From contig CAWEZH010000003.1 of NCBI GenBank assembly GCA_963813535.1, forward strand, positions 736,001 through 800,000: 64,000 bases of DNA, read 5' to 3'. Of the stretch, positions 37,967-48,606 are shown piece after piece. Every line of letters starts with the position of its first letter. Positions within the stretch are counted from its first letter, which is position 1. The stretch comes from an uncultured Chloroflexia bacterium (lineage in GTDB: Bacteria > Chloroflexota > Limnocylindria > Limnocylindrales > CSP1-4). The notes below the pieces were generated by a model. That model searched no databases and was not told the origin of the DNA. It saw nothing but the letters and a program-made list of their open reading frames with translations. The translations under genes were made by a program, and so were the position numbers.

Positions 37967-39184
37967 TCAGACCGCGGCGGCGACCTCCGGCAGCGTGGAC
38001 GGCCGGACGACCCGGGCCCCTTCCTCGTAGATCCCCTGCACGGCCTCGACCATCAGGTCGATGCAGAAGCGATCGTGGACCATGTCGTGGCCCGCCCGGC
38101 CGAGGATGTCCGCGAACTGGTGGTCGCGCAGCAGCCGGACGATCGCCACCGCCAACGCGTCGGCGTCGTGCGGCGGCACGAGGAGGCCGTTCACGCCGTC
38201 GGTGATCATCTCCGGGATGCCGCCCACGTTCGAAGCGACCACGGGCCGTGACAGGGCCAGCGCCTCGAGGATCGACAAGCCCTGGGCCTCGCGATACGAC
38301 GGGAGCACCGCGACATCGAGTGCGGCGGTGACGGATGGCACGTCATCGCGCCGGCCGGTGAACACGACGCGGTGCGCGATCCGCAACTCGCGCGTGAGCG
38401 TCTCGAGTGCCTCGCGTCTGGAGCCCTCGCCTACGATCAGCAGGTACGCATCCGGAACGGCGCGGAGCACCTGCGGCCAGGCCTCGAGGAGCGTCGGGTG
38501 GCCCTTCTCGGGCTCCAGGCGAGCCACGACCCCCACGATCTGGGAACCCGGCTCCATGCCGTACTCCTCGGGGAGCGTGCAGCACGGCTCGGTGTGGTCG
38601 TAGCGCGACAGGTCGACGCCGTTGGAGATGCGCCGCACCGGTGCGCCCGTCCGACCTTCCTGAACGAGCTTGTCCTCGATCATGGAGGACACCGCGATGA
38701 GCTGGTCCATCTGCGGTGTGAGCAGCCGCAGCATCTCGCGGTCCTCCTCGGACCGGACGCGACTCGAATGGACCGTCGAGACGATGTAGGGCCGCCGGTG
38801 ACCCGCCTCGGCGAGGCCGATGGCCGCCCGCGTCCCCACCAGCTCGGCGCGGTACATGTGGTTGTGCAGGATGTCGGGCCGGACATCGACGAAGTGGGCG
38901 GCGAGTGCCCCCACCGCGATCGCGTCGTCGGGCTCGTCGATGACCAGGACGTCGAACCCCGCCCGCTGGAGCTTGCGCACCGCGCTGCCCGATGAGAGCG
39001 ACACCACGGACACGTCGAACCGATCGGGGTCCATCCGGCTGACGAGTCCGAAGACGTGCTCCTGCGCGCCGCCGGTGGTGCCGGTCGCCAGCAGCTCCAC
39101 GACGCGGATGCGGTTCGTGCCCGTGGACGTGGGGCGCGGCACCGTCTCGAGGCACGGATCGTGGCGCAGGTGTCCGTTGCCCAT
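37967..39184 (-). CDS. GT4 glycosyltransferase
   Basis: NGVD, ARLEPEKGH, EAQGLSILEA, SNVGGIPE. Confidence 0.92.
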   Translation of the reverse strand: MGNGHLRHDPCLETVPRPTSTGTNRIRVVELLATGTTGGAQEHVFGLVSRMDPDRFDVSVVSLSSGSAVRKLQRAGFDVLVIDEPDDAIAVGALAAHFVDVRPDILHNHMYRAELVGTRAAIGLAEAGHRRPYIVSTVHSSRVRSEEDREMLRLLTPQMDQLIAVSSMIEDKLVQEGRTGAPVRRISNGVDLSRYDHTEPCCTLPEEYGMEPGSQIVGVVARLEPEKGHPTLLEAWPQVLRAVPDAYLLIVGEGSRREALETLTRELRIAHRVVFTGRRDDVPSVTAALDVAVLPSYREAQGLSILEALALSRPVVASNVGGIPEMITDGVNGLLVPPHDADALAVAIVRLLRDHQFADILGRAGHDMVHDRFCIDLMVEAVQGIYEEGARVVRPSTLPEVAAAV

Positions 39185-40368
39185 CAGGCCGTCTGCCGGA
39201 GCAGGACGCGCTGGATCGGCTCGTCGACGGCGCCCCATTCGTACTTGTACGGCTCGTTGCCGCGCAGGAAATCCATCCGTCGGATGCCGCGCTCGAGGGC
39301 CCGCCGCACGAAGGCGTAGATCATCAGCACCCCGGGCGACAGGTCGCGTGCATCGGGGTCGATGCCGGCGTTGTAGTACAGGAGATCGGTCTCGGTCTCG
39401 AAGTGGACCCCGGCGGCGATCGGCTTGTCGCCGACGGTCAGGATCGTCAGCCGGAACGGCCCGTCGGGACCGAACAGCTCGAACATCCGTCGGAACAGGA
39501 CGCGACTCTGTTCGCCACCCCGTGTCGATGGGAACAGGCCGCGCTCGCCCCAGCGCTTCTGATGGAGCTCGATGAACAGCTCGAGGTCGGCCTGCGGGTC
39601 GCGCGAGTCGTCGAGCCGGATCTCACCGGTCGACTCGGCTCGGCGGACCTTGCGCCGGATCTCGTGCCGCTCCTTCTTGCCGAGCGTCGACAGGTAGCCC
39701 TCGATATCGACGCCATCGGGGAACGTGACGACCGGACAGACGTCCTCGCGCTCGACGGTCAGCGACCAGCCGTTCGCCACCTCGAGCGATCCGAAGGCGG
39801 CCGCCAGCTGGCCACCGGCCGGGTCCTGGCAGCGCAACCGGCGCAGGTCGACGACGTCCCACTCGCCGCTCGCCATGCTGGCGACATAGCCGGCGACTGC
39901 GCTCGCCACCCCCGGCAAGGACGCCGGCTCGGTCAGGATCGTCGCGTAGTCGGCGTGATACGAGGCACCGAACAGGATCGCCGTCGCTGTCGGCGGAACG
40001 GAGGTGAGCCCGCCGTCCGCCGCGTGGCGCATCGTCGTGTGTGTCGCCGCGTCGGTCGGCTCGACCTCGTGCCGGTGCATCAAGGGGACGATGGCGACGG
40101 GATCGGATCCATCATCGCGGCAGACGACGAGGGTCTCGTCGTGGGCGTTGTCGCCATATGCGTCCCACCACGCCCGCTGGAATGCCCATGACGAGAACGG
40201 CGACGCCGACGGCGTGCCGGCCGCGAGCGCGTCCCAGGCGGAGCGTGGGATCGAGTCGAACGGCCGCCGCTCCGCGTGCAGCGCGATCGTCGATCCGGCC
40301 GAAGGTGTCGGAAGGCCCTCGAGGGGCCCGGGACAGGCGGGCTCCGCGTCGAGCGTGGGAGCGGTCAT
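39184..40368 (-). CDS. GNAT acetyltransferase (CelD/BcsL, FemAB-like)
   Basis: YNAGIDP...LSPG, DFLRGNEPYKYEWG. Confidence 0.88.
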   Translation of the reverse strand: MTAPTLDAEPACPGPLEGLPTPSAGSTIALHAERRPFDSIPRSAWDALAAGTPSASPFSSWAFQRAWWDAYGDNAHDETLVVCRDDGSDPVAIVPLMHRHEVEPTDAATHTTMRHAADGGLTSVPPTATAILFGASYHADYATILTEPASLPGVASAVAGYVASMASGEWDVVDLRRLRCQDPAGGQLAAAFGSLEVANGWSLTVEREDVCPVVTFPDGVDIEGYLSTLGKKERHEIRRKVRRAESTGEIRLDDSRDPQADLELFIELHQKRWGERGLFPSTRGGEQSRVLFRRMFELFGPDGPFRLTILTVGDKPIAAGVHFETETDLLYYNAGIDPDARDLSPGVLMIYAFVRRALERGIRRMDFLRGNEPYKYEWGAVDEPIQRVLLRQTA

Positions 40369-40497
40369 CGGGCCGAGGATAGCATCGGGTGACCGATATG
40401 GTTGCGGGCGCAACGGAGCTGCCTAGTACGTTCGGCGACCACCGGTGGAGCGAAAGGCGGTCGGTGACATCACGCACCGGGCTGCTACGGTCGCGAC

Positions 40498-42639
40498 ATG
40501 GCACGAACCCTCCCGGATCCGCGACGCCCGATCGCCCCATTCGGACCGCTCGCCAGCGCTCCCGTTCGACTCCTGCTGACCAGCGCCACGGTCCTGTTCG
40601 TCGAGCTGCTGCTGATCCGGTGGATCCCGGCGAACGTCCGATACGTGGGGTTCTTCAGCAACTTCCTGTTGATGGCGAGCTTCCTCGGCATCGGCCTTGG
40701 CATCCTGCTCGGCCGGCGCGGCGTCCGTCTGCCGATCTCGCCCTTCCCGATCCTGCTGCTCGTGACGGTCCTGCTCGTGTACGGCGCGCAGCTCAACATC
40801 CAGGCCCGCGACCCGAACGAGTTCTTCTTCGGGCTCGAGCAGTCCTCCAGTGCGGACACCAACTTCATCGTCCTGCCGCTGCTCGTCGTGCTGGTCACGG
40901 CCCTCATCGCGACCCTGGCGCTGCCCCTCGGCCCGCTGTTTCGGGCGATGCCGCCGCTGAAGGCGTACGCGATCGACATCGCCGGCTCGATGCTCGGGAT
41001 CGCGGCGTTCGCGGCACTCGCGTTGCTGGGGACCGACCCCGCCATCTGGTTCGTCGTCACCGGCGTCCTGCTCCTGCTCCTCGCGCTCGGCTCGGGGATC
41101 ACCCCGTGGTCGGCGATCGGGGGTGCCGCGATCGTGGTCGTGATCGCGTCGACGGCGATGGTCGCCGTCGCGTCGGGCGACGTGTGGTCACCGTATTACC
41201 GGGTCTCGGCATGGACGTCCCAGGAGGAGCGGACGTCGCTCGTCGATCCGGCGAGTCGACCGTTCAGCCTGTCGGTCGATGGCATCCCGCACCAGAACAT
41301 CCTCGATGGCGAGGCAGCCTCACGGAGCCAGGTCCACGATCAGGTCTACCGCTGGTTCCCGGAGCGGACGTTCGGCAAGGTCCTGGTGATCGGTGCCGGG
41401 TCGGGCTCGGACGTGGCGCTCGCGCTGGCGCGCGGCGCCGGCCATGTCGACGCGGTGGAGATCGACCCGGGGCTGGCCGCGATCGGCCGTCGGTATCACC
41501 CGGAAAAGGTCTACGACGACCCGCGGGTCACGGTCCACGTCAACGACGGGCGCGCGTTCCTCAACGCCACGACCGAGCGATACGACCTCGTCGTCTACGC
41601 CCTGACCGACTCCCTGACCCTGGCCAGCTCTGCCGCGAATGTCCGCCTGGAGTCATTCCTCTTCACCGAGCAGTCGTTCGCCGCGGCCAGGGATCATCTT
41701 GCGCCGGACGGCCTGTTCATCATGTACAACCTCTACCGCGAGCCATGGATCGTGGCCAAGCTGGACTCGATGCTCGGCACGGTCTTCGGTGACGATCGGA
41801 TGGTCCGGCTCGTCGGCCGCGTCGAGGCCGTGCTCGCCGCAGGGCCTGCGGTCACGGCTCTGGCTGGCGGACCGCCTCCCGGCGATCGCGTGGACGCCGT
41901 CCCGAGCGTCGGCCAGCCGACGCCACAGCACGCCACGGACGACTGGCCGTTCCTGTACCTCCGGACGGCGACGATCGCGCCGTACTACGTCGCGGCGCTC
42001 GTGTTCATCCTGGTCTTCGGTCTCATCGCCGTCCTGACCGCGGCTCGGGTGACGTCGACGCCGATCCGCCGCTTCAGTCCGCACTTCTTCGTGCTCGGCG
42101 TTGCGTTCATGCTGCTCGAGACGAAGAGCCTCGTGTCCTTCAGTCTCCTGTTCGGGACGACGTGGATCGTCAATGCTCTGGCCTTCTTCGCGATCCTGGC
42201 GAGCGTCCTGCTGGCGATCGGCATCAATGCGCGATTCGGGCCGCTGAAGCCCGCGTACCTGTACGCCGGGTTGTTCACGGCGATCGCCCTCGCCTACCTG
42301 TTGCCGCCGGACCGCTTGCTCATCGAGCCCGCCGCACTCCGCTACCTCGTCGCCGGCACCATCGCCTTCGCGCCCGTGTTCTTCGCGAACCTCGTCTTCA
42401 CGCATTCATTCCGTGATACCGAAGCGGCCGACATGGCGTTCGCGTCCAACCTGCTCGGGGCGATGGTGGGTGGCGCCCTGGAGTACGTCGCGCTCGTGAC
42501 CGGCTTCCAGGCCCTCCTGCTCGTCGTGGTGGCGCTGTACGTGTCCGCCTACGTGTTGTCCCATCGCTACCGACTCCTGGCCGACCGCGACCTCGTCTAC
42601 GAGCGACCGGGCGGTCTCGAGAGCGCGCCGAGCGGCTGA
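40498..42639 (+). CDS. Membrane protein with a central spermidine-synthase-like SAM-binding domain
   Basis: VIGAGSGSD, VEIDP, DGRAFL, YDLV, TDDWPFLY flanked by TM blocks. Confidence 0.82.
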   Translation: MARTLPDPRRPIAPFGPLASAPVRLLLTSATVLFVELLLIRWIPANVRYVGFFSNFLLMASFLGIGLGILLGRRGVRLPISPFPILLLVTVLLVYGAQLNIQARDPNEFFFGLEQSSSADTNFIVLPLLVVLVTALIATLALPLGPLFRAMPPLKAYAIDIAGSMLGIAAFAALALLGTDPAIWFVVTGVLLLLLALGSGITPWSAIGGAAIVVVIASTAMVAVASGDVWSPYYRVSAWTSQEERTSLVDPASRPFSLSVDGIPHQNILDGEAASRSQVHDQVYRWFPERTFGKVLVIGAGSGSDVALALARGAGHVDAVEIDPGLAAIGRRYHPEKVYDDPRVTVHVNDGRAFLNATTERYDLVVYALTDSLTLASSAANVRLESFLFTEQSFAAARDHLAPDGLFIMYNLYREPWIVAKLDSMLGTVFGDDRMVRLVGRVEAVLAAGPAVTALAGGPPPGDRVDAVPSVGQPTPQHATDDWPFLYLRTATIAPYYVAALVFILVFGLIAVLTAARVTSTPIRRFSPHFFVLGVAFMLLETKSLVSFSLLFGTTWIVNALAFFAILASVLLAIGINARFGPLKPAYLYAGLFTAIALAYLLPPDRLLIEPAALRYLVAGTIAFAPVFFANLVFTHSFRDTEAADMAFASNLLGAMVGGALEYVALVTGFQALLLVVVALYVSAYVLSHRYRLLADRDLVYERPGGLESAPSG

Positions 42640-42649
42640 CCGGCGGCGA

Positions 42650-44908
42650 CTACGGCTGCGTCGCGTCCCCGAAGAGACGGCGCAGGAGGAAGTACTCGGG
42701 CCGTGGGCGGTCATCGGTGATCAACGCGCCCGGCCCGACGTACTCGCGAACCGCAGCGCCGGCCAGCCACGTCTGCCGATCGATGACGTCGATCCAGGCG
42801 TCGATGTCGGACGCCGGCGAGTCATACGCCGACGAGATGTCCTCGAGCACCCCCGGGCGAGCCAGGACCGCTCTCGCCACCTCCGGATCGAGCTCGATCG
42901 GCGCGTCGGAGCCCATCATGTAGAAGCCGTAGCCGCCCGCGCCGCGCACGATCAGCACCTCGGGATACACCTCGGCGAAGGTCCGGATGTGCTCCTTGAG
43001 CTCCGACTCCCTGGCCCCGAACGGGACCCATTGCATCATCACGCCGTCCTGGGTGAGGTGGGCGTGCCCGGCCTGGTAATACTCGAGCGACGAGATGACC
43101 GAGGCACCCGAGCTCTCGATCGGTGGCGGCGGGTCGGTCACGATGATGTCGAAGCGCTCCGTCTCGAGCTCCAGGTGGTTGCGACCGTCGGCCACGACCA
43201 GGTGCCCGTCCGGGTCGGCCAGGACGGCCTCGGCGTCCGGGTAGTACCAGCCGAACATCCGCGGCACGGAGGGCACGAGCTCGACCACGTCGGTCCGCAT
43301 GCCGGTGATGAGCGACGACCGGAACGCGGTGCCCATGCCGAACGCGACGACCAACGCCCGGTCGGACTCCGGACGGGCGATGAGCGGCAGGACCGGCATC
43401 AGCTTCGCGTCGACGGTGAGGAGCGTCATCGACGTTCCCGCCACCCACAGCTCCGGCGTTGACGACTTCTGCCCGGCCTGGACCGAGGCGATCTCGTCCT
43501 CGCTCGACGCGAAGATCCGGCCGCCCAGTGACTCGATCAGGGCGACGTTCGGCTGGACGATCGCGCCGGGCCGCGTCGACACGAAGATCGTCACCACGAT
43601 CATGCCGACGGCTGCCGATGACAACCACGCCGATCGTCGGCCGGCGAGGATCGCGAGCACCGCCCCGAGGGCTGCGTTCGTGATCGCCAGCACGATGATG
43701 ATCGCGGGCGACCCGATCGTCGGCATGAGCACGAACGGGATCACGACGCTACCGATGATCGCGCCGCTCGTGTTCGACGCCAGGAGGGCGCCCGATTCCG
43801 ATCCGGCTTCACCGAGCTCGTCGCGGAGCAGCGCCGAGGCCGTCGGGAAGGCGATGCCGAGGATGGTCGCCACCGGCAGCACCACCACGATCGCGGCGAC
43901 GACGAGGGCACGTACGGACGCGACCGGGTCGCCCGGGTCGAGCGGTCGAGGCGAGCTGATGACGGTGAACAGGCCCACGATGGCGAGGGCCGCCACGGCG
44001 ACCTGCGAGAACGCGAGGACCCGCAGCGGACTGCGGATCCGCGGTCGCAGCCAGGTGAACAGGACGGCGCCGATGGCGATCCCCGTGAGGAACAACGCGA
44101 GGACCGCGGTGAAGACGTACGTGTAGCCCCCGGTGCCGGAGGTCAGCAAGCGCGTCCAGGTGACCTGGTAGCCGAGCGAGGTCAGGCCGGACAGGAAGGC
44201 GATCGCGAGCGCCAGGGCGATCGATGGTCGGCGCCCCGGACCGCTCTCGACGGCAGCGGGAGCCGCGGTCGTCCGCCGCTCCGGAGATCCGACCGGGCGG
44301 TCGTCGCGCGCCAGCCACAGGGCGATCAGGCCGGCGATCGCTGAGCATGTCGCGCCGACGAGCAGCGCGCCCGAGAGGCCCAGCAGCTCGATCAGGACGA
44401 GGCCGGCCACGAGCGTGCCCAGCACGGCGCCGATGGTGTTCGCCGAGTACAGCCGCCCAAAGGCCTCGCTCAGGGCCTCGTCGCGGGCGAAATGCCGGAC
44501 GAGCGCCGGGAACGTCGCGCCCATCATCACCGTGGCCGGAGCCAGCGCCAGGACGGCGAGCGCAAGCCGGACGAGGACGAGCATCGGCGTGCCCTCGATC
44601 GACGGATACACGGCGCGATACGCCTCGTGGATCAGCCGGAACGACAGCGGCGTGGCGATGACGACGACGACCAGCAGCAGCTCGAGCACGCCGTACATGC
44701 GAAGCGGTGACCGGACGCGATCGGCGATCCGCCCGCCGAGCACCGCGCCGATCGCCATGCCTCCGAAGAAGCCGGCGAGGATGGCCGACACGGCCTGGGT
44801 CGTGTTGCCGAACACGAGGACGAGCTGGCGGGACCAGACGATCTCGTAGATGAGGCCCGCGGCCCCCGACAGCACGAAGATACCCACGATGGGGGCGGTT
44901 CGGCGCAT
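42650..44908 (-). CDS. Fused MFS-like/spermidine-synthase-like protein
   Basis: SGAAGLIYEIVW (repeated), YSANTIGA, VELVP, DGRNHL, FDIIVTDPPPP, TDDRP. Confidence 0.85.
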   Translation of the reverse strand: MRRTAPIVGIFVLSGAAGLIYEIVWSRQLVLVFGNTTQAVSAILAGFFGGMAIGAVLGGRIADRVRSPLRMYGVLELLLVVVVIATPLSFRLIHEAYRAVYPSIEGTPMLVLVRLALAVLALAPATVMMGATFPALVRHFARDEALSEAFGRLYSANTIGAVLGTLVAGLVLIELLGLSGALLVGATCSAIAGLIALWLARDDRPVGSPERRTTAAPAAVESGPGRRPSIALALAIAFLSGLTSLGYQVTWTRLLTSGTGGYTYVFTAVLALFLTGIAIGAVLFTWLRPRIRSPLRVLAFSQVAVAALAIVGLFTVISSPRPLDPGDPVASVRALVVAAIVVVLPVATILGIAFPTASALLRDELGEAGSESGALLASNTSGAIIGSVVIPFVLMPTIGSPAIIIVLAITNAALGAVLAILAGRRSAWLSSAAVGMIVVTIFVSTRPGAIVQPNVALIESLGGRIFASSEDEIASVQAGQKSSTPELWVAGTSMTLLTVDAKLMPVLPLIARPESDRALVVAFGMGTAFRSSLITGMRTDVVELVPSVPRMFGWYYPDAEAVLADPDGHLVVADGRNHLELETERFDIIVTDPPPPIESSGASVISSLEYYQAGHAHLTQDGVMMQWVPFGARESELKEHIRTFAEVYPEVLIVRGAGGYGFYMMGSDAPIELDPEVARAVLARPGVLEDISSAYDSPASDIDAWIDVIDRQTWLAGAAVREYVGPGALITDDRPRPEYFLLRRLFGDATQP

Positions 44909-44963
44909 CGGCGCAGTCTCGCATGCCGTCTCGCCAGACGTCGGTTCACCTACCATCGCGGGG

Positions 44964-46454
44964 ATGTCCACCGGGATGTGGCGGCTCCTGAGCGACCGAG
45001 GACCGATGGGCCGGTCGATCTCGGCGGTCATCCTGGCCGGGGCCTGGGTGTCGTCCTGGCGTCCGCAGATCGACGAGGACGCCTGGTGGCATGTCGCCTA
45101 CGGTCGGGTCATCGTCGAGAGCGGAGCGATCCCGCCCGTCGAACGTTTCAGCTGGCTGACCGAGGGCTCGCCACTGTTCCTGCACAGCTGGGCGTGGGAC
45201 GTGCTGCTGTCCTGGGCGGATCGGCTCGGAGGACCGACCGGGATGAGCATCCTCGGCCTGCCGTTCCTGGCCGCCGTGGTCGGGCTGCTGTGGCTGGTCA
45301 TCGGATCGGTGGCGCCGGATATCCCGCCGATCCCGCGCGCGTCGCTGGTGCTCATCGGCATGCTCGCCGGCCTAGGGTTCTGGGGCGCCAGGGGCCTCAC
45401 GCTCGATGTCGTGTTCGTGCTCGCGACCGTCCTCGTCATCTCGACCTACCTCGCGCGGGGCTCGAGGACCGGGCTCTACGTGCTGCCGGTGATCGGCCTG
45501 CTCTGGGCGAACCTCCACGGCAGCGGCGTGCCGGCCCTCGGCGTGTGCCTCGCGACGGCGCTTGTCGCGATCCCGCTCGCGCGACGACTCGGGTCATGGC
45601 CGGATCGATCGGTGGGGCCGCTCGCCGTGGCATCGGGGGTCGCGCTCGCCGCGACCCTCGTCAACCCATACCTGTTCCGCCTCTGGACGTATCCGCTCGA
45701 TCGAGGCGTGGCGAGCGCATTCTCGCCGGCGATCGTCGAGTGGCGACCGCCCGATCTCGCGGCACCGGAGCTGTTCGTCGCCAGGCTGCTCCTCCCGCTC
45801 GCTGTAGTGGTGCTCTGGCGGACGCGTGCGTCGGTGGCGCACCCCTTCGTCATCCTGATGGCGGCGGGCTGGACGTTCGCTGCGCTCGGGGCGGCCCGGT
45901 TCGTCCCGATCGCGGCCGCGATTCTCGTGGTCGTCGTCGCGGCGTCGGCGAGCGCGACCTCGTCCGAGGCCGGCGAGGAGAACGAGGCTGGTTCACAGCC
46001 GGCACCCGGAGGGCTGGCGGTGGCCGTCGTCACGGCAGCGATCGTCGCCGTCCTCGTTGTCATCGGCGCGAGCTACATCACGCCGGCGGCTCAGACGGCC
46101 GCGATCGCCCACCGCGAGCCTGTCGCGGCCGTCGAGGCGCTCCGCGCCGCGAACTGCCCAGGGCGTCTGCTCGCGGCGTACGGCTGGGGCGGCTATGTCA
46201 TCCGTCTCGCCGACCGGCCCGTGGCCGCGTACGGGAACTCGCCCGAACGCGCCCTGACCGAGCAGACCGCGGTAGAGCTCGTGACGAGCGATCCCCGGCC
46301 CTGGCTGGAGGAGCATGCCGTCGATGTCGTGCTGGTCCATGCCGGCGGTCCGCTGTCGCGATGGCTCGACGAGGCGGACGACTGGGACCGGGGCTACGAG
46401 GATGCCCAGGCCACCATCCACGTTCGGGGCGACACCCCCGGCTGCGCGTTCTGA
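44964..46454 (+). CDS. Polytopic membrane protein, probable GT-C
   Basis: DAWWHVAYG...FSW, LWANLHGS, IVEWRP, YGWGGY. Confidence 0.7.
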   Translation: MSTGMWRLLSDRGPMGRSISAVILAGAWVSSWRPQIDEDAWWHVAYGRVIVESGAIPPVERFSWLTEGSPLFLHSWAWDVLLSWADRLGGPTGMSILGLPFLAAVVGLLWLVIGSVAPDIPPIPRASLVLIGMLAGLGFWGARGLTLDVVFVLATVLVISTYLARGSRTGLYVLPVIGLLWANLHGSGVPALGVCLATALVAIPLARRLGSWPDRSVGPLAVASGVALAATLVNPYLFRLWTYPLDRGVASAFSPAIVEWRPPDLAAPELFVARLLLPLAVVVLWRTRASVAHPFVILMAAGWTFAALGAARFVPIAAAILVVVVAASASATSSEAGEENEAGSQPAPGGLAVAVVTAAIVAVLVVIGASYITPAAQTAAIAHREPVAAVEALRAANCPGRLLAAYGWGGYVIRLADRPVAAYGNSPERALTEQTAVELVTSDPRPWLEEHAVDVVLVHAGGPLSRWLDEADDWDRGYEDAQATIHVRGDTPGCAF

Positions 46455-46456
46455 GG

Positions 46457-47362
46457 TCAGGCCGGCGCTGCGGCGTCCCTAGCGACGCTCCGCGGTGGGT
46501 TGCGCCACAGGGGCACGAGCGCCACCAGCAGGCTCAATGACGTCACCCAGAACGTCGGGTTGGCGATGATCAGCGCGACCACGAAGAGCGTCTCGCCGAC
46601 CCGCTCGTCCTTCGTCCAGCCGCCCTGTCCACCGGCGTCTGCCGCCCGCCGCGCGACCATCCCGGCGGCCACGATGACGCCGACGGCCACGACTGCGCGA
46701 ACCGCGAACGGGACCGGGATGATGCTCGCGCCCACACCGGCGGCGTCGGCCACGATGACGTCCAGGAACTGGCGCCATGCCTCGGGCGAGATGGCGACGC
46801 TGACGGCGAGCATGGCGAGGCCCAGTCCGCCCATCACGATCGCATCGCGGTAACGCCGCGCGATGAGGAAATACACGAGTCCGAGCGCTGGTGCGCCTTT
46901 GATCGCCGCCGCGACCGCGAGCCACGCCGAGGACCGGCGCAGGCCGAGCACGATCAGCACCGCCAGGACCAGGTGGATGTTGCGGTACCAGAGCTCGACG
47001 GCGACCGGGATGAATGCGACGAGGGCCAGCATCACGAGCGGCTGTCGCCCGGCGAGCCACCACAGGCAGACCAGCAGCAGCGCCGTCCAGGCCGCGACGT
47101 AGACCGCATCGGGGACGAATGCCGTGAACGGCGCGAGCACCTGGGCCAGCGGTGGCGGATAGAAGTAGGCGTACGGCGTGCCCGGCTGCGCGGTCGGGTC
47201 ATACAGGGGCTCGCCGGCCAGCAGGCGCTTCGCGGCCAGCCAGTAGGCGTACTCGTCGGACGGTGTACCCCAGCGGGTCACCGCCACGATGAGCAGCAGG
47301 CAGCCGCCGATGACGGCAAGGACCAGCAACCAGACAGGCGGCCGCGGCGCACGGAGCGTCAT
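46457..47362 (-). CDS. GT87-like glycosyltransferase
   Basis: DEYAYWLAA..L..GEPLY, YFYPP, NI, IK..P. Confidence 0.8.
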   Translation of the reverse strand: MTLRAPRPPVWLLVLAVIGGCLLLIVAVTRWGTPSDEYAYWLAAKRLLAGEPLYDPTAQPGTPYAYFYPPPLAQVLAPFTAFVPDAVYVAAWTALLLVCLWWLAGRQPLVMLALVAFIPVAVELWYRNIHLVLAVLIVLGLRRSSAWLAVAAAIKGAPALGLVYFLIARRYRDAIVMGGLGLAMLAVSVAISPEAWRQFLDVIVADAAGVGASIIPVPFAVRAVVAVGVIVAAGMVARRAADAGGQGGWTKDERVGETLFVVALIIANPTFWVTSLSLLVALVPLWRNPPRSVARDAAAPA

Positions 47363-47370
47363 GCCGTCGC

Positions 47371-48606
47371 TCACAGGTTGTACGCCCAGTACACGCCGAT
47401 CGCCATGACCGCGATCCCGAATGCGATCAGGATCTTCCAGCCCCAGCCGATCCCGCCCCGCGCCACCGCCGCCAGGCCGCACAGCGCGATGACGAACGGC
47501 ACCGAATCGAGGAAGTAGCGGTACCCGTACTGGAGCCAGCCGCCGCCGTAGTAGAGGAGCGTCGGGACCAGGACGAGGACCGCGGCGGCGGCCAGGAGCC
47601 AGGACTGCGGGCGTCGCCGATCCGCACGGAGCGCGAAGAGCAAGCCCGGGCTGGTGATGAGCACCGACATGCCGAGGCCGTCCGGCCGCAGGAACGGCCA
47701 GCCGGCGATGACGCGCGGGACATGCAGCAGGAAGTAGTCGATGTTCATCGGGATGTGGCGGATCGAGAAGAGCCCGATGTCCCGCTGCCGGGCCAGCCAC
47801 TCTGGCAGCGTCGCCAGCGCATACCCGGATTCCAGTGGACTGCCGAAGCGCACGTGGTTGTAGGCGAAGAAGAAGAGGATCGAGGGCGCGACGCCGGCCG
47901 CCAGCTCCAGCCAGGGTCGCCACGGGATGACGTTCCGCGCTCGCTCGACATAGGCGCCTGCCTGCGTCGCCTCCGACCAGCGAACCGGTCGCTCAGCGAA
48001 CCAGCCCAGCCATATCGCGTAGACCGGGATCGCGAACGCGACCGGGGCGCGCGTCAGGAAGGCCGCGCCGGCACACAGTCCGATGAGCCACGCCCGTTGC
48101 CGACCGAAGAGCTCGAGAAGGCACACGAAGGTGAGGATGGTCGCGATGAGCTGACCGGTGTGCCAGACGCCGCCACGCGTCGTGACCCACAGGATCTGCG
48201 TCGAGAACCCGAACAGCGCGGTCAGCCAGGCCCGATCGGTCAGTCGAGCGACGCCGACCCGACCGAGCGTCCACCAGCACATCCCGACCGAGATGGCGGC
48301 AAGCAGCGCGTTGACGCCGGATTCGACCTGGTCCGCCCGGAGGGGACCCAGGACGGCGACGAGGGGCATGAGCACGATCGCCGGGAATGGGGCGAAGGGG
48401 ACGTAATAGCGGCCGTCGACGGGGATGACGTCGTTCGGGCCCAACGGGAATGTCAGCCACGTCCGACCGTGGAGGAAGGCGTCGGCCAGGAAGAAGAAGT
48501 CGCCGCGCCCGGCGTCGAACTGCCGGTTCGCCAGCCAGTACAGGACGGCGGCGACGCCGACGAGTCCCAGGCCGATCAGCGTCGGTCGGTCAGGTCGACC
48601 CCTCAC
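47371..48606 (-). CDS. Polytopic membrane protein, probable GT-C
   Basis: LADAFLHGR, YYVPFAPFPA, RFGSPLESGY, QYGYRYFLD. Confidence 0.7.
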   Translation of the reverse strand: MRGRPDRPTLIGLGLVGVAAVLYWLANRQFDAGRGDFFFLADAFLHGRTWLTFPLGPNDVIPVDGRYYVPFAPFPAIVLMPLVAVLGPLRADQVESGVNALLAAISVGMCWWTLGRVGVARLTDRAWLTALFGFSTQILWVTTRGGVWHTGQLIATILTFVCLLELFGRQRAWLIGLCAGAAFLTRAPVAFAIPVYAIWLGWFAERPVRWSEATQAGAYVERARNVIPWRPWLELAAGVAPSILFFFAYNHVRFGSPLESGYALATLPEWLARQRDIGLFSIRHIPMNIDYFLLHVPRVIAGWPFLRPDGLGMSVLITSPGLLFALRADRRRPQSWLLAAAAVLVLVPTLLYYGGGWLQYGYRYFLDSVPFVIALCGLAAVARGGIGWGWKILIAFGIAVMAIGVYWAYNL

